Shown piece by piece: positions 17,107 through 27,574 of a DNA stretch of 64,000 nucleotides. The number at the start of each line of letters is the position of its first letter. Position 1 is the stretch's first letter. This DNA is from Acidobacteriaceae bacterium (GTDB lineage Bacteria > Acidobacteriota > Terriglobia > Terriglobales > Acidobacteriaceae): contig DATJTG010000266.1 in assembly GCA_035503555.1 (NCBI GenBank), forward strand, positions 1,280-65,279, read 5' to 3'. The notes under the pieces are model-generated. The model worked only from the letters and a program-made list of their open reading frames with translations, was not told the DNA's origin and did no database searches. Both the position numbers and the translations under genes were made by a program.

Positions 17107-19530
17107 ATGCAGGAAGCGTGGACGGATGTGAGGATTGCGGTGCGGCGGCTGCGGCGGTCACCGGGTTTCGCCGTGACCGTCGTGGCCACCCTGACCATGG
17201 CCATTGCTGTGAACCTGGTGGTGTTCGGAGTCTTCCGAGCGATGGTTGCCGGGCCTCTCGGGATGGTTGGCGGCGACAGCCTCGTGATGGTGGTGCAGAA
17301 ACCGCAGGGCTACATTAGCCAGTCGTACCCCGACTATCAGGATTTCAAAACGCGCAATTCCGTGTTCAGCGACATGCTGGCCTACCGGATCGGCGAGGCC
17401 GGCGCGCGCACAGGCGGCATGGCCCGCAAGAGCTGGGACTACGAAGTGACGGGCAATTATTTCGACATGCTGGGCGTGCAGCCAGAGATTGGCCGCTTCT
17501 TTCACGCGAGCGATGAGCACGGACCGAACTCCGCGCCCTATGTGGTGTTGAGCGACGCGTTCTGGCGGTCGCGATTCAGCGCGGATCCGCGCGTGGTGGG
17601 AAGCACGATCGAACTGGACAAGCACCCCTTCACGATCATCGGGGTGGCGCCCGCGAACTTTCATGGAACGGAGCTGCTGATCTGGCCCGACTTCTGGTAT
17701 CCGATGGTGAACGCGCCGCAGGTGAACGGATACAGCTATCTGGAGCGGCGCTACAACCACACCCTCAACGTGCTGGGACGGCTGGAGCCGGGCGTAACCC
17801 AGCAACAGGCGCTCGAAAATCTGAACGCCGTGGCTGCACAGCTTGCGAAGCAGTATCCGCAGACCGATGACCGCATAGGCGTTCGGCTAATCCGGCCAGG
17901 CTTGTTCGGCGATCAGCTGGACAGCGCCAGCCGGAGTTTTCTCGCGGGCCTTCTCTTGCTGGCGCTTCTGGCGCTGGCGGCGGCGTGCGTGAATCTCGCG
18001 AGCATTTTTGCGGCCCGCGCGGCGGATCGCGGCAGAGAGCTGGCAGTGCGAATCGCGATCGGTTCCAGCCGGTGGCGTGTGCTGCGGCAGGTGCTGGCTG
18101 AGGCGGCGGTCCTGTCCGTTGCCGGCGGCGGCGTTGGATTACTGGCAGCCACCTGGTTGCTGCGCTTGCTGAGCGCGTGGCAGCCGATCGCGGAATATCC
18201 GGTGCACATGACGGTCGATGCGGATCCCAGGGTGTATGCGGGGTCGCTGCTGCTGGCGGCGGCAAGCTGCGTGCTGCCGGCAATGCTGACCGCGCGGCAG
18301 ATCTGGAAGACCGATGCGATGCAGGCGATGAAGAGCACCGCGCAGCCGATGATGAGGAAGCTGACGGTGCGCGACGCGCTGCTGGGGATTCAGGTGGCGC
18401 TGTGCGCGCTGCTGGTGACCTGCGCTCTGGTGGGCATGCGTGGGCTCGAGCGCTCGCTGCATGCGCCGATCGGATTCGATCCGCAGGGCGCGCTGCTGGC
18501 CGGGATGGAGATGAAGATGTCGGGTTACACCGATGATTCAGCGCTGCCGGTCGAAAAGAAGATGCTCGAAGAGGCGGCGGATATTCCGGGCGTAACTGCG
18601 GTAGGCAGCATCGACGAAGAGCCGCTGAACGGCGGAGGCAGCACGACGCCGGTGTACCGCGCGGGGACGAGGGATTTTCGCGGGTCGAACGAAGTGGCCG
18701 CCGCGAAATACTTCACGATCACGCCGGGATATCTGCCGGCTGCGCGTACGCGGCTCGTCGCGGGGCGCAACATAACCTGGGCTGACGATCATGGTCATCC
18801 CAACGTGGTTCTCATCAACGAGACGATGGCACGGGTCCTCTTCGGCAGCGTGCCGCGCGCGGTGGGACAGCATTTTGCCCTGCCGGGGCCCTCAGACTAC
18901 GAAGTGATCGGCGTGGTGGAAGACGGGAAGTACGATTCACTCACTGAGGATGCGCGGCCGGCGATGTTCTGGCCGCTGGCGCAGAATCCCGAGAACGAGA
19001 TCACCCTGGTCGTGCGTTCGCAGCGGCCGGCGGCGGAGGTTGCGGGCGCGGTCGGCGCGATGCTCGAGAAGACCGATCCCACATTGCCCGTGACCATCGA
19101 AACCTGGCCGGATGCCATGCAGCTGGTATTGTTTCCTGCTCGTGCGGCCACGGTGGTGCTGGGCGTGCTGGGGCTGCTGGCGGGGTTGCTGGCGGCGACA
19201 GGGATTTTCGGCATGGCGAGTTACACCGTGGTTCGGCGGCTGCGGGAGCTGGGGATTCGAGTGGCGCTCGGCGCCCAGCAGCGTCAGGTCCTGCGCGCCG
19301 CGATGGGGCGAACCGTTCTCCTGGTGGGCATTGGATCTGTGGCGGGACTGGGCCTCGGGATTCTCGGCAGCAAGGTGCTGGCGAGCATCGTGTATCAGGC
19401 CACGATCTACGATCCGGTGGTCCTGCTCGGCGCGATTGCGGCGATGGCTTTCATCGGAGCGGCGGCAGCGCTGGTACCGGCGCGGCGCGCGATGCGCGTG
19501 GATCCGGCGGGGCTCCTGCGCGAAGAATAG
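17107..19530 (+). CDS. ADOP-type MacB/FtsX-family ABC permease (second copy)
   Basis: Trimmed to MQEAWTDVRIAVRRLRRSPGFAVTVVATLTMAIAVNLVVFGV, which parallels the N-terminus of the 10339..12798 protein. 807 aa with duplicated permease architecture. No ATPase gene is adjacent. Confidence 0.9.
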   Translation: MQEAWTDVRIAVRRLRRSPGFAVTVVATLTMAIAVNLVVFGVFRAMVAGPLGMVGGDSLVMVVQKPQGYISQSYPDYQDFKTRNSVFSDMLAYRIGEAGARTGGMARKSWDYEVTGNYFDMLGVQPEIGRFFHASDEHGPNSAPYVVLSDAFWRSRFSADPRVVGSTIELDKHPFTIIGVAPANFHGTELLIWPDFWYPMVNAPQVNGYSYLERRYNHTLNVLGRLEPGVTQQQALENLNAVAAQLAKQYPQTDDRIGVRLIRPGLFGDQLDSASRSFLAGLLLLALLALAAACVNLASIFAARAADRGRELAVRIAIGSSRWRVLRQVLAEAAVLSVAGGGVGLLAATWLLRLLSAWQPIAEYPVHMTVDADPRVYAGSLLLAAASCVLPAMLTARQIWKTDAMQAMKSTAQPMMRKLTVRDALLGIQVALCALLVTCALVGMRGLERSLHAPIGFDPQGALLAGMEMKMSGYTDDSALPVEKKMLEEAADIPGVTAVGSIDEEPLNGGGSTTPVYRAGTRDFRGSNEVAAAKYFTITPGYLPAARTRLVAGRNITWADDHGHPNVVLINETMARVLFGSVPRAVGQHFALPGPSDYEVIGVVEDGKYDSLTEDARPAMFWPLAQNPENEITLVVRSQRPAAEVAGAVGAMLEKTDPTLPVTIETWPDAMQLVLFPARAATVVLGVLGLLAGLLAATGIFGMASYTVVRRLRELGIRVALGAQQRQVLRAAMGRTVLLVGIGSVAGLGLGILGSKVLASIVYQATIYDPVVLLGAIAAMAFIGAAAALVPARRAMRVDPAGLLREE

Positions 19531-19567
19531 AGCGGCGCGCCCTACAATGGCGGCGGAGGGTTTGAGG

Positions 19568-20674
19568 ATGAACCTGAATCGCCGCGATTTTTCCCGGCTG
19601 GGCGCCATGGCCGCGATGGCCACGGCCATGCCACGCATCGATGCGCAGAACGAGGAGAATCCAGGGCGCAAGTTGCGCTGGTGCATCGTGGGGCTGGGGC
19701 GCATCTCGATGGACCACTTTATGCCAGGGGTAGCGCTCTCGAAGACCGGCAAAATCACGGCGCTGGTGAGCGGACATCGGGAGAAGGCCGAGAAACAGGC
19801 GGCGCAATACAACGTGCCCTCACCCTCGATCTACAGCTACGAGAACTACGACGAGATCGCGCAGAACAACGAGATCGACGCGGTGTACATCGCGTTGCCG
19901 AACTCCATGCACGCGGAGTACACGATCCGCGCGGCGAAGGCGGGCAAGCACGTGCTGTGCGAGAAGCCGATGGCCTCAAGCGTGGCGGACTGCGAGGCGA
20001 TGATCGAGCAGTGCGCGAAGCATCGCGTGAAGCTGATGATCGCGTACCGCTGCCAGTACCAGCCGCAGCATCTGAAGGCGATTGAGATCATTCGCTCGGG
20101 CGCGATTGGCAAAGTGCAGGTGATCGAAAGCGCGTTTGGGTTTCCGATTCAGGCCGGCGAATGGCGGCTGAACAAAAAGATGGCGGGCGGAGGCCCGCTG
20201 CTCGACGTTGGCATCTACTCGCTGAACGCATGCCGGTACCTGAGCGGGGAGGAGCCAGTGGACATTAAGGCGAACGCATCCGTGATCGACAGGGACGGGC
20301 GATTCAACGAAGTGGAAGAGAACGACGGCTGGACCATGCGATTTCCCTCAGGGATTCTGGCGAGCTGCAATACGACCTACGGCGGCGACATGGGCGGGGG
20401 CGGATTCTTTAAGGTGCATGGGTCGAAGGGATGGGTGGCGATGGAGCCCGCATTTCCCTATCAGGGCATGCGACTGCAAGCGCATTCTTGGGATGGGCTG
20501 GAGCTGGACATGCCCGATCCGCAAAAGGATCCGGCGCAATTCACGACCCAGGCGGATTATTTCACAGACTGCGTCTGGAACAACCGCGAGCCGAAGACCG
20601 ACGGGCAGGAAGGTCTGCGCGATATGACGTACATCTCGCAGATCTATGAGGCGGCGGGGATGCGTGGCCTATAG
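19568..20674 (+). CDS. Gfo/Idh/MocA-family NAD(P)-dependent oxidoreductase with Tat signal (glucose-fructose-oxidoreductase-like)
   Basis: Trimmed to MNLNRRDFSRLGAMAAMATAMP (twin-arginine motif). Rossmann motif IVGLGRIS and EKPMA motif (CEKPMASS). Confidence 0.9.
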   Translation: MNLNRRDFSRLGAMAAMATAMPRIDAQNEENPGRKLRWCIVGLGRISMDHFMPGVALSKTGKITALVSGHREKAEKQAAQYNVPSPSIYSYENYDEIAQNNEIDAVYIALPNSMHAEYTIRAAKAGKHVLCEKPMASSVADCEAMIEQCAKHRVKLMIAYRCQYQPQHLKAIEIIRSGAIGKVQVIESAFGFPIQAGEWRLNKKMAGGGPLLDVGIYSLNACRYLSGEEPVDIKANASVIDRDGRFNEVEENDGWTMRFPSGILASCNTTYGGDMGGGGFFKVHGSKGWVAMEPAFPYQGMRLQAHSWDGLELDMPDPQKDPAQFTTQADYFTDCVWNNREPKTDGQEGLRDMTYISQIYEAAGMRGL

Positions 20675-20720
20675 AAATTCTCGCTCTATGCCGCGAGGCG
20701 CTTACCCGGACGGCGAGTCC

Positions 20721-22151
<1,431 letters not shown>

Positions 22152-22641
22152 GCGCAATCCTTTTTGCCAAACGCCGGGGCCGCGGAAGAGACCGGAAAGG
22201 CGAAAATCGGAAATGCCCAAGGTTAACCCTGCACTGTGGAAACACGCAGGGCGAGTTCAGGAGCAAGATCCGTTCTGGCCGGGATGGGTTCCGCTCTGTC
22301 ACGCAGCGGAACTACGGTCTGGTTCTTCCGACAGCCACATGGCGCCGAAAAAATCTTAAGTGAACGTTGCCGATAGTAGCACAGTCAGGAGGGAGTGCAA
22401 ACGCAATCGCGAAGAGAAAATTTACGCGTGGTAAGGGTTGCACCGGAGGTGGTGAAAATCGCACCAGACGGGAGTTTTTGCGGGCGCAGAATCGATGGGA
22501 TATACTGAATTCTTGCCGCCCGAAGCGTGATGTGTGCATCAGCGCGGCCCATAGGATTCGGGTTACGCGATCAGGGCGGGCAGAGGCCCGCAACGCGCTG
22601 GCCGGAGAATCCGATCCAAAAGTTCAGGAGTCACGGTTTCC
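22152..22641. promoter_or_regulatory. Divergent dnaA / rpmH promoter region (weak secondary oriC candidate)
   Basis: 490-bp non-coding region between divergent dnaA and rpmH. The only box-like element is TGTGGAAAC (22235-22243). AT-richer patches lie at 22345-22375 and 22495-22515. Confidence 0.3.
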
Positions 22642-22797
22642 ATGCCGAAACGTACTTTTCAGCCCAATCGCCGCAGCCGTTCCAAGACGCACGGCTTTCG
22701 CAGCCGCATGAAGACGAAGAGCGGCGCAGCGGTATTGTCGCGGCGGCGCGCGAAGGGCCGCAAGCGTGTTTCCGTAAGCGCAGGGTATCGCGACTAG
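22642..22797 (+). CDS. rpmH: 50S ribosomal protein L34
   Basis: Not in the ORF track because it is under 60 aa. [51 protein letters not shown] with AGGAG 12 nt upstream. Confidence 0.9.
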   Translation: MPKRTFQPNRRSRSKTHGFRSRMKTKSGAAVLSRRRAKGRKRVSVSAGYRD

Positions 22798-22872
22798 GCT
22801 TTCCGCAAGATTTTTCCGTTCAGCAGGGCGGCGATTCGGCTGCCCCTCCCCAACGAGAGACGGAATGGAGAT

Positions 22873-23247
22873 ATGCCGGAGTCAGGGTTCGACTGGCGGA
22901 GCATCCGTCTGCGGAAGCACGCGGACTACCAGCGTGTATACCAGGAGAGCCGAAGGTTCACGTCCGCCTCGATGACGTACTTTTTCCGTCCACGAGCAGT
23001 GAATGAACCCGCGGGCGCACCGCCGCGTATCGGATTGACGACGGGCCGAGTGCTGGGTGGAGCAGTCGAGCGCAACCGCATTCGGCGCCGGATGCGCGAA
23101 GCCGTGCGTTTGCATGCAGACGAACTGCCGGAGCGCGTGGATGTGGTGTTGCATCCGCGGAAGCAGGTGCTGGAAATGGAATTCGGACGCCTGGAGAGCG
23201 AAGTGGCGCGCGTTTTTGCCGCGGTCGTGGCGGGAGCGAAGCGGTGA
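22873..23247 (+). CDS. rnpA: Ribonuclease P protein component
   Basis: 124 aa, basic. [14 protein letters not shown].. and the RNR motif [16 protein letters not shown]. Conserved position after rpmH. Confidence 0.9.
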   Translation: MPESGFDWRSIRLRKHADYQRVYQESRRFTSASMTYFFRPRAVNEPAGAPPRIGLTTGRVLGGAVERNRIRRRMREAVRLHADELPERVDVVLHPRKQVLEMEFGRLESEVARVFAAVVAGAKR

Positions 23248-23579
23248 GCCGCACGCAGGCGTTTTTCGCCAGGGTCAACGAGCGCGCGGCGCTGGCGCTG
23301 CTTCGGATCTACAAGCGGGTGCTCAGCCCCTCGATGCATGCGGGCGTTCCCGGCGCATGCTGTTTTCAACCTACATGTTCGGAATACGCGGCGATTGCGC
23401 TGGCAGAACACGGCGTCCTGCGCGGCGGCCTGATGGCCACCTGGCGCGTGCTGCGGTGTCACCCGTTCAGCCGCGGCGGATTCGATCCAGTTCCAGCGAA
23501 GAATGCATCGACCACAGGAAACGCGAACGCGTGGACGGGATCGTCCATGACGGGTTCGAAGGTTCCAGGAATCCGATAG
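23244..23579 (+). CDS. yidD: Membrane protein insertion efficiency factor YidD (with C-terminal extension)
   Basis: GTG start overlaps the rnpA stop (GTGA). [11 protein letters not shown]....[12 protein letters not shown]....G...G..M...R.LRCHPF..GG.DPVP is the YidD signature. Confidence 0.85.
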   Translation: MSRTQAFFARVNERAALALLRIYKRVLSPSMHAGVPGACCFQPTCSEYAAIALAEHGVLRGGLMATWRVLRCHPFSRGGFDPVPAKNASTTGNANAWTGSSMTGSKVPGIR

Positions 23580-23599
23580 AGAGACAGGGAAGCTAAGAC

Positions 23600-25378
23600 T
23601 TGGCAGAAATACAAAATCCTAATCAGCAGGGCAGCGGCAGCGGTGGCGGTTCGGGCACCGGCTCGCTCATGAGCTTCCTGATCGTCTTCGCCCTGATGCT
23701 TTTCGCCTTTGAGTACTGGGGACCGAAGAGGACGCAGGAGCAAAAGCAGCCCACAGCCGCGAGCCAGCAGACAGCGCAGAGCAGCACGCCGGCGTCTGCC
23801 GCGCAACCCCTCGCTGCGACCGAATCGCGGGCGTCGTCGACTGCGAAGGCTGAGAATGCGGTGCAGGCCACAAGCGCGACCGAAACGGTCGTCGACAGCG
23901 AGCTCTATCGCATTGTCTTCACAAACGCAGGCGCGGATGTGAAGTCGTGGGTGCTGAAGCGGTACAAAGACGACGATGGCAAGCCGCTCGACCTGGTGAA
24001 TGCCGATGCGAAGGGCAAGTTTGGCCTGCCGCTTTCGCTTTACACCTACGACGCCGGGTTGAAGGGGAAGCTGAATTCGTCTCTCTATGTGCCGTCGGCT
24101 ACGGGAACGCTGCACGCGCCGGCAACGCTGAGCTTCGACTATTTGGCGGGCGGGCTGACGGTTCACAAGACCTTCAGCTTCGACAACAGCTATGTGATTC
24201 ACGCCGATGTGAGTGTGACTCAGAACGGCGCGCCGGTCACGACGTTTCTGGCCTGGCCCGGCGGCCTCGGCGACCAGACGACCCTGCAGGAATATGCGGC
24301 GTCAACTTTCGTCACCCTGGAAAACGGCAAGAACAACCAGCAGGCAGCCAAGAAAGTCTCCGGCGGAGACACGCTGCATGGAGCCTTCGGCTATGCAGGT
24401 GTGGGCGATCTGTACTTCGCCGCCATCTTTATGCCGGATGCTCCTGATGATACGAGCGTCGTCACGCTGCACGACACGATCGATATTCCAAAGGACCGGC
24501 AACATCCTGCGGCCAGCGCCGCGGTGCCGGAGTCGCTGTTGGGCGCCGGTGTAAGCCAGAATGGCGGCGCGATCCACACCCGGCTGTTTGTGGGGCCGAA
24601 ACTGCTCGAGGTTCTGGACTCGGTGCACCCCACGGGCGGCGGATCGCTCGAGCCGGTGGTGAACTTCGGGATGGTGGGATGGATCGCCAAGCCGATGCTG
24701 CTGGTCCTTCGTTTCTTCGTCACGCACGGCATTCCCAACTGGGGATGGTCGATCCTGGTCCTGACGTTCATTCTGAACCTGGCGATGCTGCCGACGCGCT
24801 ACCTCATGATGAAGTCGTCGCTGAAGATGCAGCGCCTGCAACCGCAGATGGACGCGATCAAGGCCAAGTACGCGAAGTACAAGACGACCGATCCGCGGCG
24901 GCAGGAAATGAACCAGGAGATCTTCGCTCTCCAGCGGAGCGAGGGCGTGAATATGTTCGGCAGCTGTTTGCCGATGTTGCTGCAGTATCCGCTGCTATGG
25001 GGCTTCTACCGGATGCTGGAATATGCGATTGAATTGCGCCACGCACATTGGCTGTGGCTTCCGGACCTGTCCTCAGCGGATCCGACGCATATCCTGCCGA
25101 TCTTCGTGATCGTCTCGATGGTGATGTCGCAGCTCTTTATGCCGTCGCCCGGGGTGGATCAGGCGCAGCAGCGCATGATGGCCTTCATGATGCCCGCAAT
25201 TTTCGGCGTGATGATGTGGAGCATAGGCTCGGGCGTGGCGCTGTATTGGGCAGGCAGCAACCTGATCGGCGTGGGCCAGCAGGTGGTGATGAACCGCACC
25301 AGCATGGGCAAGGAGATGCGAGCCATCGCAGCGAAGCGCGCGGCCAAGAAGCAGGGCAAACAGCCTCCGAAAAAATAG
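23600..25378 (+). CDS. yidC: Membrane protein insertase YidC
   Basis: TTG start, 592 aa. N-terminal TM segment, large periplasmic P1 domain, and a C-terminal 60-kDa-IMP core (ILVLTFILNLAMLPT..MKSSLKMQRLQPQM..K) with a basic tail. Confidence 0.9.
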   Translation: MAEIQNPNQQGSGSGGGSGTGSLMSFLIVFALMLFAFEYWGPKRTQEQKQPTAASQQTAQSSTPASAAQPLAATESRASSTAKAENAVQATSATETVVDSELYRIVFTNAGADVKSWVLKRYKDDDGKPLDLVNADAKGKFGLPLSLYTYDAGLKGKLNSSLYVPSATGTLHAPATLSFDYLAGGLTVHKTFSFDNSYVIHADVSVTQNGAPVTTFLAWPGGLGDQTTLQEYAASTFVTLENGKNNQQAAKKVSGGDTLHGAFGYAGVGDLYFAAIFMPDAPDDTSVVTLHDTIDIPKDRQHPAASAAVPESLLGAGVSQNGGAIHTRLFVGPKLLEVLDSVHPTGGGSLEPVVNFGMVGWIAKPMLLVLRFFVTHGIPNWGWSILVLTFILNLAMLPTRYLMMKSSLKMQRLQPQMDAIKAKYAKYKTTDPRRQEMNQEIFALQRSEGVNMFGSCLPMLLQYPLLWGFYRMLEYAIELRHAHWLWLPDLSSADPTHILPIFVIVSMVMSQLFMPSPGVDQAQQRMMAFMMPAIFGVMMWSIGSGVALYWAGSNLIGVGQQVVMNRTSMGKEMRAIAAKRAAKKQGKQPPKK

Positions 25379-25449
25379 CGGGAGACTGAGCGGAAGCCCC
25401 ATGTCAGATGTGCTTTAATTACGTCGGGATGCGATACTAATAACTGTCG

Positions 25450-26004
25450 ATGCCAATCGAAGATTACTCCGCCGCCGCACAGAAAATTGCAGAATTCCTG
25501 AAGACCCTCATCAACCTGGGCGGGCTGCGCCTGAAGTATCGGATTACGGCGGGAGCGGGCGCGGCCGATCCGGCGGGCCTCGAGGCGCGGGAAATCTACG
25601 TGGAGCTGGCGGGCCCGGACGCCGGCCTGCTGACGCAGCGCGGCGGCGAATTACTGCGCGCGCTCGAGCACGTGGCGGCAAAAGCGCTGCGGCTGGAGAA
25701 CGAAGAGCACGACAAGATCAGCTTCGACGCGGAGAATTTTAAAGCTCTGCGCGCCCGCGAGCTGAAGCTGGCCGCGGAGACGGCGGCCGAGCGAGTTCGC
25801 AGCACAGGGCAGCCGTACAGCTTTGCGCCGATGAGTTCGCGGGAGCGGCGGATGCTGCACCTGGCGTTTCGCGGCTATGACGATCTGGAAACCGCGTCGA
25901 GCGGCGAAGGCCTCAACCGGTTCGTGGTGGCCTATCCGAAGGGGCACCAGCATCGCGTAGAGGCGCCGCGGGGCGGCCCGCGATTCGAGAGACGGCGCCG
26001 CTAG
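25450..26004 (+). CDS. jag: Jag/KhpB-like RNA-binding protein (KH + R3H domains)
   Basis: Conserved position after yidC. R3H-like segment FAPMSSRERRMLHLAFRGYDDLETASSGEGLNRFVVAYP. Confidence 0.8.
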   Translation: MPIEDYSAAAQKIAEFLKTLINLGGLRLKYRITAGAGAADPAGLEAREIYVELAGPDAGLLTQRGGELLRALEHVAAKALRLENEEHDKISFDAENFKALRARELKLAAETAAERVRSTGQPYSFAPMSSRERRMLHLAFRGYDDLETASSGEGLNRFVVAYPKGHQHRVEAPRGGPRFERRRR

Positions 26005-26050
26005 CAAGCGTCGCTTCGCGCGACACCGCGCCGCCACGGAGGGTGCGATC

Positions 26051-27508
26051 ATGCAGCCTCATCCGCAGACAACCGAACGCGAGGCGATTGCGCAGGAGAC
26101 CATCGTCGCCATTTCGACGCCACCGGGTCGCGGAGGCATCGGGATCGTACGCCTCTCCGGTTCGCATGCGAAGCTGATTGCGGGGAGGCTGATTCGGCAC
26201 CAGAGCGGGAATGCGGCGGGGGAATTCGCACTGGAACCGGCGCGAGCGCGCGTCGTGGAGATTCCTGATCCCGAGAGCGGAGAAAAAATCGACGAGGCCG
26301 TCGTCACATTTTTCGCCGCTCCTAACTCGTACACCGGCGAAGATCTGATCGAGATAGCGGCCCACGGATCCCCGGTGGTCCTCGATCTCCTGGTGCGCAC
26401 AGCTCTGCGCGGCGGCGCGAGGCTGGCTCGACCGGGCGAGTTTACGGAACGGGCTTTTCTCTCCGGTCGCATGGATCTGACGCAGGCGGAGGCCGTGCGG
26501 GATCTGATCGAGGCGCAAACGCTGTATCAGGCACGCATTGCCGCGGAACAGATGGGCGGCGCACTCTCGCGGCGGGTGCAACCGGCAAAAGAGAAACTGG
26601 TGGAACTGATCTCACTGCTGGAGGCGGGGATCGACTTTGCCGAAGACGATGTTTCGGTGACTCCGGACGAAGAAATTATCACTCGCATCGATGCGATCGC
26701 CGACGAACTGCGGACGCTGGCGCTCTCCTTCGAGCACGGTCGCATCGTGCATGCGGGATTACGACTGGCGATTGTGGGTCGGCCCAACGTGGGCAAGTCT
26801 TCGCTCTTCAATCGGCTGCTGGAGCGGGAGCGCGCCATCGTGACTGATGCGCCGGGAACGACGCGCGATTTGGTGACGGAGCGATTGTCGCTGGGCGGCA
26901 TTCCCGTGGAGTTAGTGGATACGGCAGGACTGCGCGAAGCGCTGGACGAGGCTGAGGCGATCGGCGTGCGCAAATCCCGCGAGACCCTGGCCGAGGCCGA
27001 TGTGGTGCTGGTCGTGCTGGATGCGTCAGTGCCTTTGCGCGACGACGAAGCCGAGCTGATCGGCAGCCTGTCAGGCCGGCGGGTGCTGGTCGTCGAGAAC
27101 AAATGCGACCTGAATCAGCCAGCCAGCCGTCAGGCTGGCGAGTCAGCCGCGACTGGGTATGCAACCGGGGAGTTTGGTCACCGTCCAGCGGCAATAGCGG
27201 TGCTGCGGACCTCGGCTCTGACCGGAAAAGGAATTGTGGAACTTCGCGATGCGCTGGCGGGGATGGCGCGGAATCCCGCGGGAGAGAGCGAAGCGGGGCT
27301 GCTGACAACGCTCCGGCACTTCGAAGCAGTCACGGGTGTGCTGACGGCGCTGAGCGCGGCCCGTGACGCGGTGGCGGCAAGGGTACCTCACGAGATGTTG
27401 TTGCTGGATCTCTACGGTGCGCTACGCCAGCTGGACAGCCTGACCGGAGAAACGACGGCTGACGATATTCTGAACCGCATCTTCTCGACGTTCTGCATCG
27501 GAAAGTAG
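26051..27508 (+). CDS. mnmE: tRNA modification GTPase MnmE (TrmE)
   Basis: TIVAISTPPGRGGIGIVRLSG N-terminus. G-domain GRPNVGKSSLFN, DTAG, NKCD. Diagnostic C-terminal FCIGK. Confidence 0.95.
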   Translation: MQPHPQTTEREAIAQETIVAISTPPGRGGIGIVRLSGSHAKLIAGRLIRHQSGNAAGEFALEPARARVVEIPDPESGEKIDEAVVTFFAAPNSYTGEDLIEIAAHGSPVVLDLLVRTALRGGARLARPGEFTERAFLSGRMDLTQAEAVRDLIEAQTLYQARIAAEQMGGALSRRVQPAKEKLVELISLLEAGIDFAEDDVSVTPDEEIITRIDAIADELRTLALSFEHGRIVHAGLRLAIVGRPNVGKSSLFNRLLERERAIVTDAPGTTRDLVTERLSLGGIPVELVDTAGLREALDEAEAIGVRKSRETLAEADVVLVVLDASVPLRDDEAELIGSLSGRRVLVVENKCDLNQPASRQAGESAATGYATGEFGHRPAAIAVLRTSALTGKGIVELRDALAGMARNPAGESEAGLLTTLRHFEAVTGVLTALSAARDAVAARVPHEMLLLDLYGALRQLDSLTGETTADDILNRIFSTFCIGK

Positions 27509-27574
27509 CTCTCCGCGCGCACGCTCGGCGAGAACACAATCCGGTCAGAATTTCAGGCTTCATTGAGGCAAATA

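Noticed and set aside
14025-20720. The block between dnaN and dnaA as a mobile element or genomic island
   Set aside because: There is no integrase, transposase or recombinase, no tRNA or direct repeats at the borders, and no obvious compositional shift. The genes are ordinary acidobacterial housekeeping or accessory types.
22152-22641. dnaA-rpmH divergent spacer as the primary oriC
   Set aside because: It is the classical location, but I find only one box-like 9-mer there (TGTGGAAAC at 22235) and no 8/9 consensus match. The dnaN-upstream region scores better. I keep it only as a weak secondary candidate, and a bipartite origin is not excluded.
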